Notes under the pieces: model-generated | The model's database searches: none | Told to the model about the DNA's origin: nothing | Seen by the model: only the letters and a program-made list of their open reading frames with translations | Position numbers and translations under genes: made by a program | DNA from: Macrostomum hystrix | Lineage: Eukaryota; Animalia; Platyhelminthes | Direction: 5' to 3' | Assembly (NCBI GenBank): GCA_950097015.1 | Contig: CATNEN010000038.1 | Span: 20,026,001 to 20,090,000 of the forward strand | DNA length: 64,000 nt | Part shown: one piece after another, positions 12,001 to 23,552 of the stretch | How the letters are laid out: each line of letters opens with the position of its first letter | Position numbering within the stretch: the first letter of the stretch is position 1

Positions 12001-15000
12001 ACCAAATGATGCGGCATACCCGCAGCCCTCCTGCACTTATTTTTATTAATATGATTATTTTAGTCCCGGTCTAGATTCGATTCCCGCCTGTCAATCACAG
12101 ATCAGCGCTCTAGTAAAGCGCAGTCAAGCCTCGCACGAGCATAGCAACAGTATCCTAGAGCGCAACGCCGACGCTCTGCAATCGGCTGCAGCCGAATCCG
12201 CTCGCCGAGTGCTGGAACTAGAACAGGAGAAACTCGACCTCACTAGGCGGCTGGGCGAGCGAACGGCTCAGCTGAGCGAGCGACAATCTCGCCTGGCAGA
12301 TTTAGAAACTAGCGAGCGACAGCTGCGGTCCGAGCTGACCGCGGCGCTAGCCAGGACTGAGACTAATGACACCGCCCTGCTGCAGTTGAAGAGCAGGCTC
12401 GCCGAGACCGAGGCCAGGGCTCAGCATGCCGAAGCCGGGTTGAAAGAGGAAAGAAAATCTCGACTGGCTGGCGAAGAGAGAGCCAGGGAGGCGGAGGAGA
12501 TCAAATCTGAACTGCGGGAGAAAGTTGAAAGAGCTACTGGTGAGCTATCCTATCTGGCCTCTTGTATCATTGATCATGGACGGTTGGCGACCTCCGGCCC
12601 GCGGGCCACATGCGGCCATCGAGGCTCCGACATCCGGCCCTACTCCACTGTCTCATCTCTCCCCGTGTCTCATCTCTTCTCTGTCTCATCTCTCCCCTGT
12701 CTCATCTCTTCCCTGTCTCATCTCTCCCCTGTCTCATCTCTTCCCTGTCTCATCTCTCTCTGTGTCTCATCTCTCCCCGTGTCTCATCTCACTTGTGTCT
12801 CATCTCTTCCCTGTCTCATCTCTCTCTGTGTCTCATCTCTCCCCGTGTCTCATCTCTTCCCTGTCTCATCTCTCTCTGTGTCTCATCTCTCCCCGTGTCT
12901 CATCTCTTCCCTGTCTCATCTCTCTCTGTGTCTCATCTCTCCCCGTGTCTCATCTCTTCTCTGTCTCATCTCTCCCCTGTCTCATCTCTCCCCAATCTCA
13001 TCTCATCCCTGTCTCATCTCTCCCGTGTCTTATCTCTCCACTGTCTCATCTCACCTGTGTCTCATCACTCCCGCGTCTCATCTCTCCCGTGTCTTATCTC
13101 TCCACTGTCTCATCTCCCTCTTGTCGCTATATCAACTAAACTGAATTGAATTTCACTATTCCCCGCGATTGTGCAACTACAAGCTTGCCAGCAAAACCCT
13201 GTCCTAGACATTTTAAGTCCGTGGACTTTCTCAGAATTCCAGCTCAACTAAGGGCTGCGTGAACTAAAGCACTGTGATAAAAAGCAACACGTATTTCTTT
13301 CTTTTTACTGGGAATCGAACTCCTGACCAATTGGTCAGTATATAAATCCCATCCAATTTCATTGCGGAAGTCCTACTTCAGCCAACAAATCTGACAGTGC
13401 GAATGCCAATTTATTTTAATTCCAAATGCCATAAAATTTCCACCTCGGCCATGCAGCCCAGCTACAAGAAGCTCGCGCCAAGCTGTCAGCCGAGCGTCAA
13501 CAATTCGACGCCGATTTGTTGGCCGCCCGCGAGGCTAGCGACGCCGCCGCGGCCGGCCTTCGCGAGGAGCTGCGCAAATGTCGCACCGCTGGCGATCAAA
13601 ACTTTGCCCAGCGCGCCGCTGATATCGAAGCCTCGGCTGAGAAAGCCTGGCGAGAAAAATGCGACCGTCTAGTTGAACTGGAACGAGAGCGGGCCGCCAG
13701 GCTATTAGCCGACGCGGAGTCGGAGCGAATCAAATTAGCCAGCCAATTGGAAGAGGCCGCCAGACGCTTGGCCGAGTCACGTGCCGGTACGCACGAGCGG
13801 CAGACAGCCCTAGACGAAACTAAGGAACAGTTGGATGAGGCTGATGCTAAGGTTTGTTGTTGATTGGTGTTATTGTAACTGACTTACTGGACCTCTTCAA
13901 AGTATCTCACTCTACTCATAGTAGCATTCACGAAAAACGCAGAGAAAGTTATCTATCCATAAACAAGCCATTATTAAGGCCATTCTAGAGTTTTTACTTG
14001 TTAAAAATTTGCTTTATTCACTTCTAGTCACACGCATGTTTAAAGTGCGGTCCATAAAAAGGAAAACGGCCCCTTTTCGGTTAGCATTATTTTTTGCATT
14101 TTTAGCCTTTTTAACAAAAAACGCAGAAAAACTGGCATATATTCTTTTATAAAAAAAGGTGGGAAAAATTACATACACAAATGCATTCTAAACCTTCAAT
14201 CATAAACTGTCAATTAGCTGGAGAAGACTCGGTCTCAAGCCTTGAAACTCAAGCAACGATTGGACGAGCAACTGCAAGCTCTGTCTGCCGAGCGTGACTC
14301 TCTGTTGGCCCGTCTTGAAGAAGCGGAACAGAACCAGCGTCTTAAGGAGAGCCAAACCGAGACCAAGCAGGACATATCTGGCGAGGTTTGTGGCTTAAAA
14401 AACATTTCAGACTTCCAGGTCTATAAATATTTTTATAATTCACTTTCTACCAATTCACTTGCAGTTGAAAACTGTCATGAACGGAGTGTTTCAATCTTTG
14501 CGTAAGAAAATTGATCGAGAGAAGCGCTACAATGGCAGCACGGTGTTGCAGACTTTGCTACTGGTGATAAAGGTGCGGCATTCAAATGGAAAACACGCTG
14601 GGCAAAATAGTGGCAGATGGTTGAGAAGAGATGAGACAGGGGACAAATGACACGGGAGAGATGACACGGGAGAGATGACACGGGAGAGATGACACGGGAG
14701 AGATGAGACACGGGAGAGATGAGACACGGGAGAGATGAGACACGGGAGAGATGACACGGGAGAGATGAGACACGGGAGAGATGAGACACGGGAGAGATGA
14801 CACGGGAGAGATGACACGGGAGAGATGACACGGGAGAGATGAGACACGGGAGAGATGAGACACGGGAGAGATGAGACACGGGAGAGATGAGACACGGGAG
14901 AGATGACACGGGAGAGATGAGACACGGGAGAGATGAGACACAGGAGAGATGAGACACGGGAGAGATGAGACACGGGAGAGATGAGACACGGGAGAGATGA

Positions 15001-18000
15001 GACACGGGGTGATGAGACACGGGGTGATGAGACACGGGGTGATGAGACACGGGAGAGATGAGACACGGGAGAGATGAGACACGGGAGAGATGAGACAGGG
15101 GACAGATGAGACACGGGAGAGATGAGACACGGGGTGATGAGACACGGGGTGATGAGACACGGGGTGATGAGACACGGGGTGATGAGACACGGGAGAGATG
15201 AGACAAGGGACAGATGACACGGGAGAGATGAGACACGGGAGAGATGAGACACGGGAGAGATGAGACACGGGGTGATGAGACACGGGGTGATGAGACACGG
15301 GAGAGATGAGACACGGGGTGATGAGACACGGGGTGATGAGACACGGGGTGATGAGACACGGGAGAGATGAGACAAGGGACAGATGACACGGGAGAGATGA
15401 GACACGGGAGAGATGAGACACGGGAGAGATGACACGGGAGAGATGAGACACGGGAGAGATGAGACACAGGAGAGATGAGACACGGGAGAGATGAGACACG
15501 GGAGAGATGAGACACGGGAGAGATGAGACACGGGAGAGATGACACGGGAGAGATGAGACACGGGAGAGATGACACGGGAGAGATGAGACACGGGAGAGAT
15601 GAGACACGGGAGAGATGACACGGGAGAGATGACACGGGAGAGATGACACGGGAGAGATGAGACACGGGAGAGATGAGACACGGGGTGATGAGACACGGGA
15701 GAGATGAGACACGGGAGAGATGAGACACGGGAGAGATGAGACACGTGAGAGATGAGACACGGGAGAGATGACACGGGAGAGATGAGACACGGGAGAGATG
15801 AGACACAGGAGAGATGAGACACGGGAGAGATGAGACACGGGAGAGATGAGACACGGGAGAGATGAGACGGGAGAGATGAGACACGGGAGAGATGACACGG
15901 GAGAGATGAGACACGGGAGAGATGACACGGGAGAGATGACACGGGAGAGATGAGACACGGGAGAGATGAGAAACGAGGTGATGAGACACGGGAGAGATGA
16001 GACACGGGAGAGATGAGACAGGGGACAGATGAGACACGGGAGAGATGAGACACGGGGTGATGAGACACGGGGTGATGAGACACGGGGTGATGAGACACGG
16101 GGTGATGAGACACGGGGTGATGAGACACGGGAGAGATGAGACACGGGGTGATGAGACACGGGGTGATGAGACACGGGGTGATGAGACACGGGAGAGATGA
16201 GACACGGGAGAGATGAGACAGGGGACAGATGAGACACGGGAGAGATGAGACACGGGGTGATGAGACACGGGGTGATGAGACACGGGGTGATGAGACACGG
16301 GAGAGATGAGACACGGGAGAGATGAGACACGGGAGAGATGAGACAGGGGACAGATGAGACACGGGAGAGATGAGACACGGGGTGATGAGACACGGGGTGA
16401 TGAGACACGGGGTGATGAGACACGGGGTGATGAGACACGGGAGAGATGAGACAAGGGACAGATGACACGGGAGAGATGAGACACGGGAGAGATGAGACAC
16501 GGGAGAGATGAGACACGGGAGAGATGAGACACGGGGTGATGAGACACGGGGTGATGAGACACGGGAGAGATGAGACACGGGGTGATGAGACACGGGGTGA
16601 TGAGACACGGGGTGATGAGACACGGGAGAGATGAGACAAGGGACAGATGACACGGGAGAGATGAGACACGGGAGAGATGAGACACGGGAGAGATGAGACA
16701 CGGGAGAGATGACACGGGAGAGATGAGACACGGGAGAGATGAGACACAGGAGAGATGAGACACGGGAGAGATGAGACACGGGAGAGATGAGACACGGGAG
16801 AGATGAGACACGGGAGAGATGACACGGGAGAGATGAGACACGGGAGAGATGACACGGGAGAGATGAGACACGGGAGAGATGAGACACGGGAGAGATGACA
16901 CGGGAGAGATGACACGGGAGAGATGACACGGGAGAGATGAGACACGGGAGAGATGAGACACGGGGTGATGAGACACGGGAGAGATGAGACACGGGAGAGA
17001 TGAGACAGGGGACAGATGAGACACGGGAGAGATGAGACACGGGGTGATGAGACACGGGGTGATGAGACACGGGAGAGATGAGACACGGGGTGATGAGACA
17101 CGGGGTGATGAGACACGGGAGAGATGAGACACGGGAGAGATGAGACACGGGAGAGATGAGACACGGGAGAGATGAGACAGGGGACAGATGAGACACGGGA
17201 GAGATGAGACACGGGGTGATGAGACACGGGGTGATGAGACACGGGGTGATGAGACACGGGAGAGATGAGACAAGGGACAGATGACACGGGAGAGATGAGA
17301 CACGGGAGAGATGAGACACGGGAGAGATGAGACACGGGAGAGATGAGACACGGGAGAGATGAGACACGGGAGAGATGAGACACGGGGTGATGAGACACGG
17401 GGTGATGAGACACGGGGTGATGAGACACGGGAGAGATGAGACAAGGGACAGATGACACGGGAGAGATGAGACACGGGGTGATGAGACACGGGAGAGATGA
17501 GACACGGGAGAGATGAGACACGGGAGAGATGAGACACGGGAGAGATGAGACAAGGGACAGATGAAAAGGGGGAGTGATGAGACACGGGAGAGATGAGACA
17601 CGGGAGAGATGAGACACGGGGGAGATGAGACACGGGAGAGATGAGACACGGGAGAGATGAGACAAGGGACAGATGAAAAGGGGGAGTGATGAGACACAGG
17701 AGAGATGAGACACAGGAGAGATGAGACACGGGAGAGATGAGACAAGGGACAGATGAAAAGGGGGAGTGATGAGACACAGGAGAGATGAGACACAGGAGAG
17801 ATGAGACACGGGAGAGATGAGACACGGGGTGATGAGACACGGGAGAGATGAGACACGGGGTGATGAGACACACGGAGAGAGGAGATTCAGGGAGAGATGA
17901 GACACGGGAGAGATGAGACACGGGAGAGATGAGACACGGGAGAGATGAGACACGGGAGAGATGAGACACGGGAGAGATGAGACACGGGGTGATGAGACAC

Positions 18001-20420
18001 ACGGAAGAGAGGAGATTCAGGGAGAGATGAGACACAGGAGAAATAAGACACAAAAGGGATGAGATACGAGATAGATGAGACATCGGAGAGATGAGACACG
18101 GGAGAGATGAGATAGGGGAGATGAGATACAGGGAGAGATGAAACACAGGAAGAGATGAGACACTGAGAGAGTTGAGACTCGGGCAAGATAAGACAGTGGA
18201 TAGATGAGACACACCAGACATAAAACACTGGAGAAGGCACACGGGAGAGATAAGAAAATCGGACCGATGAGACAGGGGAGAGATGGGACACTGGGAGGAT
18301 GAGCACAAATGCTAATGAACATGAAATTTTGTGTCTCGCTTTTTGCAGAAAGAAACCCTCCGAGCTACTGGAGAACTGGCCGAAGAGGACGATGAAGAGG
18401 AAGAAGAAGCTGAAGAGGAGGAGGAGGAGGAGGAGGAAGAGGAAGAGGATGAGGAGGAAGAGCAAGTGGAGGAGAAGGACAATAAAGTCGCTGAAGAAGT
18501 CGACGAAGACAAAGAGGTGGCCGAGGCCAGCGCAGCCGGCGCCGCCGCAGCTGCTGCCGGCGTCATTCAAGTCGAACCGTCGACACCGCCCACGTCGCCT
18601 GGCGAGCACTCCCACTCGGAGCTGGTGGTCGGCGCCGCGGAGAAACTCCACCGTCAGGAGATCAGCGCCCGGCTCAATGCTTTGTCGCCTTCGTCAGCTG
18701 CTGGCGGCCCAGCTGCCGGTGCAGGCTCCGTGGATCACTTTCGTCCGCCGCCCAGTGGAGGTCCGTGTACGCCGCCAGCGACGCCGGAGCCGCTAAATCG
18801 TCACCGTCTGGAAGGTCGCCGACGCCGCGACGGTAGCGACAGCAGCGACGACAACAACGCAGCAGCGTCGCCGCCTCCGCTAATTGGCGATGGCGCCATT
18901 GCCGCTGCGGCTGCTAGAAACCAACTGGCTGCTGCAGGCGGCTTGGGACTTGAAGATTCTGGCACATTCGACGAGTTCGATAGTAAAGTACGCTCGCCGG
19001 AAGATCGGGCTCAGCTTCAAGACGCTGAGGTGGAACAAGTCGATGACGATGTTGTTGTTGTTCGTGCCGACGAACTGGCTGAAGCTCAAGAAGCTGCTCA
19101 AAATGAGATAGAAGTCAGCGCGCCTGTTGGCGACACTGAGCTGACAATGGCTGCCGAAGGCCAGGCTAGTTATGAAGCTAAGCAGACTGAAAATGATGTC
19201 TTCTCTGATGAAAGGGACATATTTTCTGACGATCTGGAAGGTACACCGAAACAGCCGGCAATCGCATCTGACGAGAAGGAAATCCCATCTCACGACAAGG
19301 AAATTCCATCTGACGAGAAGGAAATCCCAACTGACGAGAAGGAAATCCCATCTGACGAGAAGGAAATCCCAACTGACGAGAAGGAAATCCCAACTGACGA
19401 GAAGGAAATCCCATCTGACGAGAAGGAAATTCCATCTCACGACAAGGAAATTCCATCTGACGAGAAGGAAATCCCATCTCACGACAAGGAAATCTCATCT
19501 GATGACATGGAAATCCAATCTGAGGAGAGAAATGACAGGCTCATAGACGCTCAACCCGTAGAGGCTGAAGGTGAAAAATTGGACGAGACGGAAAATTCTG
19601 GAAATGCCCAGCCATCTGATCTCACGTCGCCACTGCCTGCTGCGCCAAAGCTTAAGGAGTGAGTATTTGTTACTTAAAGCTATTCTACATTAACATTATT
19701 ACCTTGCTAGCAATAAATCTATTTTGCAGCATTTTCGGTGACTCTGACAGCGAGAACGATGAAAAGGTTGCCGTAGCAATTTCTGGCGCAAAGTCTGCAG
19801 CTAGCGAGTCGAAACAGTCGGCTCCGTCTATTGCGGCTTCTGGTGAGACTTCAAGAATTAAAGAGTAAGTTAACGTAAATTTTCATTCGCATTTAGTTTT
19901 CTTCCGGTGGATATTTATACATATTTCCCTGAAATATTTAATTCAGTATATTCGGTGACAGCGACGAAGATAGCGAGTTTGGCAAAGCTCTGTTCAAGAA
20001 GAAGGACGAAGATCAACCTGCCGAGGCTGAGAAAGTAAGTACTTTTAATCTACCTAGAAATCCGCATGTTGCTTGACTGGTCTAAAAATTCCGCACTCTA
20101 ATTACTGTACACTAAACACACGCCTTAACGCTCTCGCTAGCCGTTAGACAGTGAAAACTTCTACCCCCAATCAGTGTACATTGACACCCACCTCAAACCA
20201 TGCACTGGCCATATAACCAGGGTGAAACTTCTACCCCTAGTCAGTGTACATTGACACCCACCTCAAACCATGCGCTGGCTATATAGACAGTTTAAAACTT
20301 CTAAATAATTTTTACATTTTACTTCAGCCGGTCACTACTGCCTCAGTGTTGAAGCAGCCAGCGGCGCCATTGTTTAGTGACGAAGATGACGAAGATGACA
20401 TGGATTGGCTGAAAAAATAG
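6095..20420 (+). CDS. FKBP15: FK506-binding protein 15 (WAFL/FKBP133) orthologue, 16 exons
   Basis: In-frame GT-AG exons: 6095-6141, 6695-6795, 6897-6948, 7372-7516, 7601-7804, 8412-8894, 9570-9830, 10735-11244, 12101-12539, 13457-13851, 14218-14385, 14465-14572, 18349-19658, 19730-19864, 19947-20034, 20328-20420. N-terminus MFGSTDDDDFG..SKLASLFG..SLSYSAPKQP, FKBP domain GMRKGGTRLLVLPPSLAYG, coiled coil, MNGVFQSLR, and C-terminus PLFSDEDDEDDMDWLKK all resemble vertebrate FKBP15 from memory. Confidence 0.9.
7810..8400 (+). repeat. Pyrimidine-rich 33-bp minisatellite filling FKBP15 intron 5
   Basis: Unit CTCTGTCTCTGCCTCATCCCTATCTTTCTACCC, with larger internal duplications. Confidence 0.9.
9043..9340 (-). 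mobile_element. SINE family A in FKBP15 intron 6 (antisense to the gene)
   Basis: Reverse complement of the 11689-12033 copy, with one internal deletion. Confidence 0.8.
10019..10618 (+). repeat. 56/59-bp minisatellite, ~10 copies, FKBP15 intron 7
   Basis: Unit TAGCTGGCTGTACATCTGACCCAAATGGGGTTAGGTGTCATTTCCATTTCTATAAA(TTA). Confidence 0.95.
11431..11670 (+). mobile_element. SINE family B in FKBP15 intron 8
   Basis: B box GGTTCGATTC, CACCCAGCTGTCAAATGGGTACC, palindrome CAGTCCATGGACTG, ATT tail. Confidence 0.75.
11689..12033 (+). mobile_element. SINE family A in FKBP15 intron 8 (sense to the gene)
   Basis: Full-length copy: GGGTGAGTGGCAGAGC head, GCTCGATTCC B box, internal hairpin, and 3' GGCTGCGGGT...ACCCGCAGCC hairpin. 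Confidence 0.8.
12575..12645 (+). mobile_element. hAT (Charlie/MER45-58-like) MITE end preceding a minisatellite
   Basis: GGTTGGCGACCTCCGGCCCGCGGGCCACATGCGGCC resembles the typical hAT subterminal motif; related motifs occur at 61931-61945 and 62071-62082. Confidence 0.5.
12646..13120 (+). repeat. ~17-bp TGTCTCATCTCTCCCCG minisatellite, FKBP15 intron 9
   Basis: Direct tandem repeats; reverse complement of the 14627-18295 array. Confidence 0.95.
14627..18295 (+). repeat. 3.7-kb 14-16-bp GAGACACGGGAGAGAT satellite, FKBP15 intron 12
   Basis: More than 200 monomers with variants GACACGGGAGAGAT and GAGACACGGGGTGAT; decays at the 3' end. Confidence 0.97.
19268..19520 (+). repeat. Coding 21-bp repeat (DEKEIPS/T) x ~12 in FKBP15 exon 13
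   Basis: GACGAGAAGGAAATCCCA(T/A)CT tandem copies, in frame. Confidence 0.9.
20146..20303 (+). repeat. ~70-bp tandem duplication in FKBP15 intron 15
   Basis: AAACTTCTACCCC..TCAGTGTACATTGACACCCACCTCAAACCATGC occurs twice, plus a partial third copy. Confidence 0.85.
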
Positions 20421-21642
20421 ACAACAATTATAAAGTTTACATTTTCTGATTTCAATGGTGGAACTATAGAAGAAAATTATTTAAAAAATTTACCATTTTT
20501 TAAACTAATCTTTGCGTATAAGGGCCGAAATCTTTCAGTAAAGACATTAATGTTTGTGCTATTTTTTGTTACACTAAGCAAGACGATTTTATAACTGTTA
20601 CTTCTGCGTTGATTCACACTAATTGCTGCTCAAAAAATATTCGAATGCAATTTCCAGTTACGAATTGAGAACCATCTTCTTTAATTCAAACTACCTAAAA
20701 TGTAAATTAAGTTTAAGTTGTTTGGAAATCAGTTTTGTTTTTCATTGAGTTTGATTTTTTAATTGCGCCAAGATTATTGCATATCCTTCCGATTACACTG
20801 ATTTCTTAGTCATCGGTTTACTGGTTTGTGATTTTTTTCTATGAATTCACTCAAAATTCGATGACTAAATAATCGTCATAATACTGATAAGTAGCCGTGT
20901 TGTGTTTTTTGTTTTTTTTCTGTTTTAGATATTTCCCGTGCCTAATTATAAAATATTCTATTTTATCCTGACAAATTCCTGCGCTCCGTGTTTTTTTTCG
21001 ATCAAACCTAACTGCGTCGAATCAAGAATAATATCCTGGACTTCAAATCATTCTGCTCATTTAAATATAAGCATTCGATTAAAATGAGAAAATTTATATA
21101 TAGAACAATTAAAAAATATGTTATTTACGCCTGCCTTTGTCTATTGTCTCGATTAAATTTCGTACACATCTATACAAGTTTAAAAACATCATGCACTTGA
21201 ATCTGAGACAGACACTTGTACCTTCAGGTGGAATCTGAGAGACACACTTGTAACTTGGTTGCTAGTGGAACTAGCAACCAAGACCCCCTTTGAGGTAAGA
21301 AAATCACGCTTTAAAGCCCCGAGGCCAAAAAATGTAAAATATTCAACTTGAATATTATAATCAACTTTTCTTAATATCTACTCAATAAATAATGCTACCC
21401 CTTTCATATATCATGCTATACCTCCCGACAAAGCTTGCTAAACCCTTCGAAAATTCATGCTGCCCCCTTAATAAGTCGTGCTTTTGCATCGACAATTCAT
21501 GCTTTTCCCGCGCTAATTCATGCTGCCACTTAGATGGCTCATGCTTCCCGTCGAAAAGTCATGCTTTGCCACAATAATCCAAATTTTCCCCTCGTTATTT
21601 CCTGCTTCTCACTTGATAATTCATGCTATTTCGTCAATAATT

Positions 21643-22187
21643 TGTTGTAGTTTATCGTTACCATCGGCAGTTCGCCGACGCGGTAGTAGGGGTTCGGGTA
21701 CGGACCGCCCAAAGCTTGCCGGGGGAGAAGGGATGGGAAGCAGCGACCCTCGAGGCGTTCAGACACTCCGAGGAGAGACGGGATGGGCTTGGAGCGTACA
21801 GACACTCGCTAAACCCGGCACAGAAGGATGCTCGAAGGCTTTGACTGCGAGCGGGTAGCCACTCGACAGCCCCTGAGAGAGGTGGATGATGGGCTGGACG
21901 GGGTAGGGCTAAGCCACGCAGGGCTGGGGAGAGAGCAAACACACAAGGCTGAGAGCCGAGAGAGAGAGAGAAGGAGGCCGGCTAGCCAATCAGAAGTCTC
22001 CTTGGCGAGAGGCCTGATTAGACTAGCGAAGACGGCGCAGGGGGGCAGCCAATGGGCGAGCGACAAACAACGATAAAGGAGGGTGGCCTAAGCCGGGGCC
22101 GGGCAGAACTGGATTGAGCAGGTGGCCGGGGTGGAAGGGTTAGAGACGCAGGGGTCGGGGCAAGGTCATTGTGAGACGCAGCTCACA
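21643..22187 (-). mobile_element. GC-rich LTR-like insertion (probable solo LTR)
   Basis: Sharp compositional block interrupting the 21-bp array; minus strand starts TGTGAG and ends GATAAACTACAACA; two CCAAT boxes and a GA tract. No clear target-site duplication. Confidence 0.45.
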
Positions 22188-23552
22188 ATCCTCTTGATAG
22201 ATTATACTCCCTCTCCATAATTCAGGCTTTCCCTTTATAATACATGCTTCCCTCTCGATAACTCATGCTTCCCATCGATAATTTATACTATTCCATCGAT
22301 AAATTATTCTTCTCCTGGAGAATTCATGTTTCCCCTTTAATGATTCGTGCTACCCCTCAATAAATTATTCCTGTGTCTTGAAAAAATGCTATTTCCTTAA
22401 GGTACTACGAGTATTACTCGTAGTATTATGGTATCCCCTAGTATTATGGTATTAAGGTATCCCCTTGCTAAATAACGCGTTTTAAAGAGTAAAAATGCTA
22501 TTAGCTAGGAATAAAATATTTTAACTTTCTCTGGATTGCAGCAATGATCAAAACACTTTTCTTAAGTTTAAAAAAACACGAAAAGCTACCTGTGCCCGAC
22601 CAGTCTTCATTGAGATTTGAATCTAATAACGCTTGAAGCAAAGCTAGAAAAATGTTAAAATTTAAAACTAATAACGCCTTTAGCTGTGCTCAACATAATT
22701 TTTTAGTTCTGAATCTGATAACGCATGCAGCTATGCTCAAAAAATATTTCCTTAGTTTTAGCATCGAATAACACTTGCTGCTACGCTCGAAAAACTTATA
22801 TTATTTTCTCACAGTGAGAACAGCAATAAATTAGCTAAAACTATTTGCTTCGACAGTAGCTTATCAAAAGTGCTTACTATTTAAATAAAAATAATAATAA
22901 AAACAGGAAATAACGTTTTTAACTGTTGATCATAGAAGATAAGAAGAAAAAGAAGCAGTAACAAAACTGATGCTGAGATTGGATCTGCATTCTGCAAAAT
23001 AACAAAAGTACTTTACTTCGGAGCTAGATGAAAAGAAAGCGGCACAATGATCGAAGTCGAGACCAGGTTTGATATTATAGAGGCTGCAGTTTTCATGGAT
23101 AGAAAGGAGGAGAGGTCTCGCTAGCATTGAGCATTATAAAAGCCCAATCATTGAAATCTGCTGTGTACGTTTTTCTTACCCGAAAAAAAACATTGTAAAC
23201 TTATCAAGTCAGCAATGGTACTTTGTACTTGACTGTACTTAAAAGTTTGTCATGTTGGAGATCCAAGTACGATCTACTTTGTATGACTTCAAATAAAATA
23301 AAATAATCAGATAAAACTGACAGTGCCTATATATTCTAAAGAAAAAAAGACCTCTAAAATATAGCAGCAAAATTCTGCTTTTTCGAATATTTAATGCCTT
23401 TAGAACAAAGCTAATTTCTAGCAAATTCGCATGTACAATGGTCATTGAGATAGCAAATATTTTAGAGAAAGGATCACGAAAATCAGACAATGCATTCGCT
23501 AGATCGACGATAAGATCTCTTTTTTACATTGAGTCATTTTTAGTATAATTGA

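Noticed and set aside
14475-18308. Three >1100-aa minus-strand ORFs
   Set aside because: Stop-free translations of a 16-bp intronic satellite, open in all three frames, antisense to FKBP15.
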